This document shows, piece by piece, positions 61,282 through 64,000 of a stretch of DNA of 64,000 nt (the stretch's first letter is position 1; each line of letters starts with the position of its first letter). Both the position numbers and the translations under genes were made by a program. The DNA lies in NCBI GenBank assembly GCA_963727625.1, contig CAVSHR010000004.1, positions 192,001 to 256,000 of the forward strand, written 5' to 3'. The notes beneath the pieces are model-generated. The model was given only the letters and a program-made list of their open reading frames with translations. It did no database searches and was not told where the DNA came from. The DNA is from an uncultured delta proteobacterium. Lineage in GTDB: Bacteria > Desulfobacterota > Binatia > UBA9968.

Positions 61282-62208
61282 GTGCAATTTCGCATCGCTG
61301 CCGTAGATCTGGTCAGCAACACTTGTTTCCCCGCGTTGGCCGCCGATGAGCTGGGATATTTCAAAGCGGAAGGTTTAGACGCGCGGATCGAACTGGTTGC
61401 CATGCTTGGCGCCACCCAGGCCTTGCGCAACGGCAGCGCCGACGCCATGATCGCCGGCTCAGTGCACGATGTCTTGACCGAATTTCCCGATTGGACTGGC
61501 GTCAAGATCGCCGTAGCGCTGTCCCAGGGCACGCCGTGGCTCCTGACCGTGCGCGCAGATCTTCCGGCCAGGCGCGGCGATCTCAACGCGCTGCGCGGCC
61601 TTCGCCTGACCGCGGCTGAGGGCCCAGACCTGGCGCTCAAGCAAATGTTGCGTATCGCGACGATTGATCCCGATCACGATTTACAGCTGGTGGAATTATC
61701 CGGCGCCAAATCTCGCGATGTTTCCTTTGGCGTGTTCGCGGCTCGCGCCTTGGAAGCGGGAGAGATCGACGCTTTTTGGGCGAATGCCATGGGCGCGGAG
61801 ACGGCGGTCAGCCGTGGGGTGGGGAAGGTGCTGGTGGACGTGCGCCGCGGCGACGATCCTGACGAGGTGAGGTTTTTTACCTTTGCCGGGATGGCGACGA
61901 CGGATAGTTTCATCGCACGCGAGCCCGAGGCGGTCGGCGCCGCGGTTCGGGCGATCGTGCGAGCACAAAAAGCCTTACGCGACGATCCCGCCTTGGCGCG
62001 CGAAGTCGGTCTAAGAAAGTTTCCTCAAGGTGCCGCTAATTTGATCGGCAACGTCGTCGCGCGCGACGTAACATTTTATGAGCCCGCGATCAGCAAAGAA
62101 GCGGTGGTCAAAATGAACCGCTTCGCCCAATCCGTCGGCCATTTATCCAAGCCGGTTGCTTATGAAAACGTGGCGGCGATTCGCTATAGAGATTTCTGGA
62201 CAATTTGA
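61282..62208 (+). CDS. NMT1/THI5-type binding-protein-fold protein without a signal peptide
   Basis: ELGYFKAEGLD, ALRNGSAD, LRGLRL, ALEAGEIDA; GGAGG RBS before GTG. Confidence 0.82.
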   Translation: MQFRIAAVDLVSNTCFPALAADELGYFKAEGLDARIELVAMLGATQALRNGSADAMIAGSVHDVLTEFPDWTGVKIAVALSQGTPWLLTVRADLPARRGDLNALRGLRLTAAEGPDLALKQMLRIATIDPDHDLQLVELSGAKSRDVSFGVFAARALEAGEIDAFWANAMGAETAVSRGVGKVLVDVRRGDDPDEVRFFTFAGMATTDSFIAREPEAVGAAVRAIVRAQKALRDDPALAREVGLRKFPQGAANLIGNVVARDVTFYEPAISKEAVVKMNRFAQSVGHLSKPVAYENVAAIRYRDFWTI

Positions 62209-62240
62209 GAGATGCTGAAGGCGTCTTCCGAATTCAGCGC

Positions 62241-63620
62241 TTAGCCGACTGTTGCCGTCACCGGAAGCACGGGTTTTTTGACCATCGTATAAAGCAGGCT
62301 CGCCAGCAGCAGCAAAATCGCGGCGGACCAGATCATAATATTATAGCTTGCGGTGCGATCGTAAATCGCTCCCGCGATCACCGGGCCAAGGACGCTGCCC
62401 CAAGTGGAAACAAAGCTCATCGAGCCGCGGATCTTCGCGAAGTTTTTCCGCCCAAAATATTCTCCCACGGTTGACCAGTTCACCGGAAAGGTCGACTCGA
62501 CGACGCTGAACAAGGGAATAAAAACTAAAATCGCCCACTCGGAATGAGCCGTTGCCAGAACCACCATGGCCACCATGGCCAGCAGCATGCAAGCGGCCAT
62601 TAATTGGGGTTTGCTCACGCGATCGCCGATCCAGCCGAAGAGTAGATGGGAGGGAAAAGAGGAAAACGCTTGCGCCGCGAGAAAGAACGCCGCGCGCTGC
62701 TGATCCATTCCCTTCCAAACCATTAATGCGATGTAATGGACGTTGATCGCGCTGAGAATGATCACGCGTATGGCAGTAGCGCTGGTCAGATACCAAAACG
62801 ACGAAGTGCGCAACGCTTGCGCGAGGGTAAAGTCAGCCGGTTCACGAGGCCGGCCGCGGTCATCGGAGCGGCTGTCGGGCGGGCGGGTCAGCACCGCGTC
62901 GCCGTCGGGCTCCAGTCCCATACTCTCCGGCGAACGCCGCACCAGCAATGCCAACGGCATGCCGATGACGATGAACGCGATGCCGCAACCGAAGGCGGCC
63001 TGGCGCCAACCGAAGCTGTGCACGGCTGCCGACAACAGGGGGGTGAAAATAAATCCACCGATCCCGATGGAGCCGCTGATGATCGCCATCGCCATGGTGC
63101 GCTTGCGAACGAACCACGTGTTGGCGATCAGCATCGGGGCGTCCATAAAGCCGGCATGAAACGACAGCGACACCACGCCCATGTAGACAATCACCAGCAT
63201 GAGATAGCTGTTGACCCCCGACAACAGCATATGGCCGATGCCGGTCATCATGAGCGCCATGATCATCAGCGGCCGCGGTCCATGGCGATCCATGAAATAG
63301 CCGGCGATGGGCCCTTCAAAAGCGCCTTGGGCACGTGCTAGCGAAAAAACTAATGCCGTCGAGGCGCGGTTGAGGCCGAGATCCTGGCTCAAGGGCAAAA
63401 AGAAAACCGAGAATCCGTAAAAATACAGGCCGCCGCCTAAGATGCGCAAAATCGAACCGACGGCGATCATGCGCCAGCCGTAGTAGAGATCGGACAATCG
63501 TCCGCGAATTGAATAGAACACGTCGGTCCTTTGAGCTGAGCCTAGCGCGATTGGAAAATCCCGGGGCGAGACAACGGGCTTGGGCGTCCCCAAAGTAACC
63601 GAGTCGCCATGCCATTGCAA
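62241..63620 (-). CDS. MFS transporter (MCT/OFA-like); start uncertain
   Basis: YYGW, GYFMDRHGPR motif A, WFVRKR, GWRQA, GWIGDR, GEYFGRK; about 12 hydrophobic segments. Confidence 0.9.
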   Translation of the reverse strand: MQWHGDSVTLGTPKPVVSPRDFPIALGSAQRTDVFYSIRGRLSDLYYGWRMIAVGSILRILGGGLYFYGFSVFFLPLSQDLGLNRASTALVFSLARAQGAFEGPIAGYFMDRHGPRPLMIMALMMTGIGHMLLSGVNSYLMLVIVYMGVVSLSFHAGFMDAPMLIANTWFVRKRTMAMAIISGSIGIGGFIFTPLLSAAVHSFGWRQAAFGCGIAFIVIGMPLALLVRRSPESMGLEPDGDAVLTRPPDSRSDDRGRPREPADFTLAQALRTSSFWYLTSATAIRVIILSAINVHYIALMVWKGMDQQRAAFFLAAQAFSSFPSHLLFGWIGDRVSKPQLMAACMLLAMVAMVVLATAHSEWAILVFIPLFSVVESTFPVNWSTVGEYFGRKNFAKIRGSMSFVSTWGSVLGPVIAGAIYDRTASYNIMIWSAAILLLLASLLYTMVKKPVLPVTATVG

Positions 63621-63707
63621 TCCGACCAGACTCGGGATGAATGACTAGGCAACGGATGACGACCTGCTTTAACCCGAACCAGCCACGGGCGAAATACGGT
63701 GCGCAGA

Positions 63708-64000
63708 TTACTGGTTTCGCGAAGCTTTCGCTGAAGCGAGTGTCGGCCCGGTTCGAGCGACGCGATATTCCTTTAACACGCTTTCCAGAGTGTCAAAATC
63801 AGCCAGGGTCCGCAGCGAGGCGAAGGTTGGAAAGATCATCGGTAGACTGCCGCGTTCATGGAGCTGCATCGCTCCTTCGGGAGTGAGCCACAGGCTATGC
63901 GCGACTTCGTAGGAATTTTCCAACGGCGCTTGGTCGTCCGGTAATGCCGTGACGAAAAACCTGGTGTCGAAGCGCATGGCAACCTGAGCCGGAGTTTGCC
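63708..64000 (-). CDS. NUDIX hydrolase (Nudt19-like), C-terminal part; runs off the window
   Basis: QTPAQVAMRFDTRFF, EVAHSLWLTP, MIFPT. Confidence 0.8.
   Translation of the reverse strand, partial: QTPAQVAMRFDTRFFVTALPDDQAPLENSYEVAHSLWLTPEGAMQLHERGSLPMIFPTFASLRTLADFDTLESVLKEYRVARTGPTLASAKASRNQ

Overview
GC-rich bacterial chromosome segment. The gene content (many amidohydrolases, LLM oxidoreductases, NMT1-type binding proteins, orphan Mo-hydroxylase large subunits) suggests a Candidatus Binatia / deltaproteobacteria-like organism; this is inference. 1-7.1 kb is an accessory region: a ~6.1 kb island bounded by a 28-bp duplication of the tRNA-Glu 3' end. It carries an intact IS5/IS1182-type element, two glycosyltransferases bracketed by IS91-family remnants, and a truncated tyrosine integrase. 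tRNA-Glu and tRNA-Lys follow. 7.5-30.9 kb holds an opp peptide-transporter operon interrupted by a three-gene biotin-dependent carboxylase, then a catabolic cluster (dipeptidase, 2 Mo-hydroxylase large subunits, LLM, 3 amidohydrolases, purU, UbiD plus an uncalled 48-aa Zn-ribbon gene, 3-hydroxyanthranilate dioxygenase). 30.4-33.3 kb is a diverged ~680-bp direct repeat enclosing an Rhs-core fragment and an inverted-repeat-flanked HUH (RAYT-like) transposase that sits just after the Rhs DPxG motif. 33.3-50 kb is housekeeping: PyrR attenuator, pyrR, an unusual PyrB-PyrI(Zn)-PyrR triple fusion, carAB, recG, alaC-like, hom, apgM, glpX, dus, maf. 50-64 kb is miscellaneous genes, uup, a candidate sRNA, a cysteine-free maleate-isomerase homologue, MFS and NUDIX. 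The best candidates for new biology are the PyrB-Zn-PyrR fusion with its partner PyrR, and the TIR-RAYT/Rhs junction. All calls come from manual motif reading; no database searches were run.
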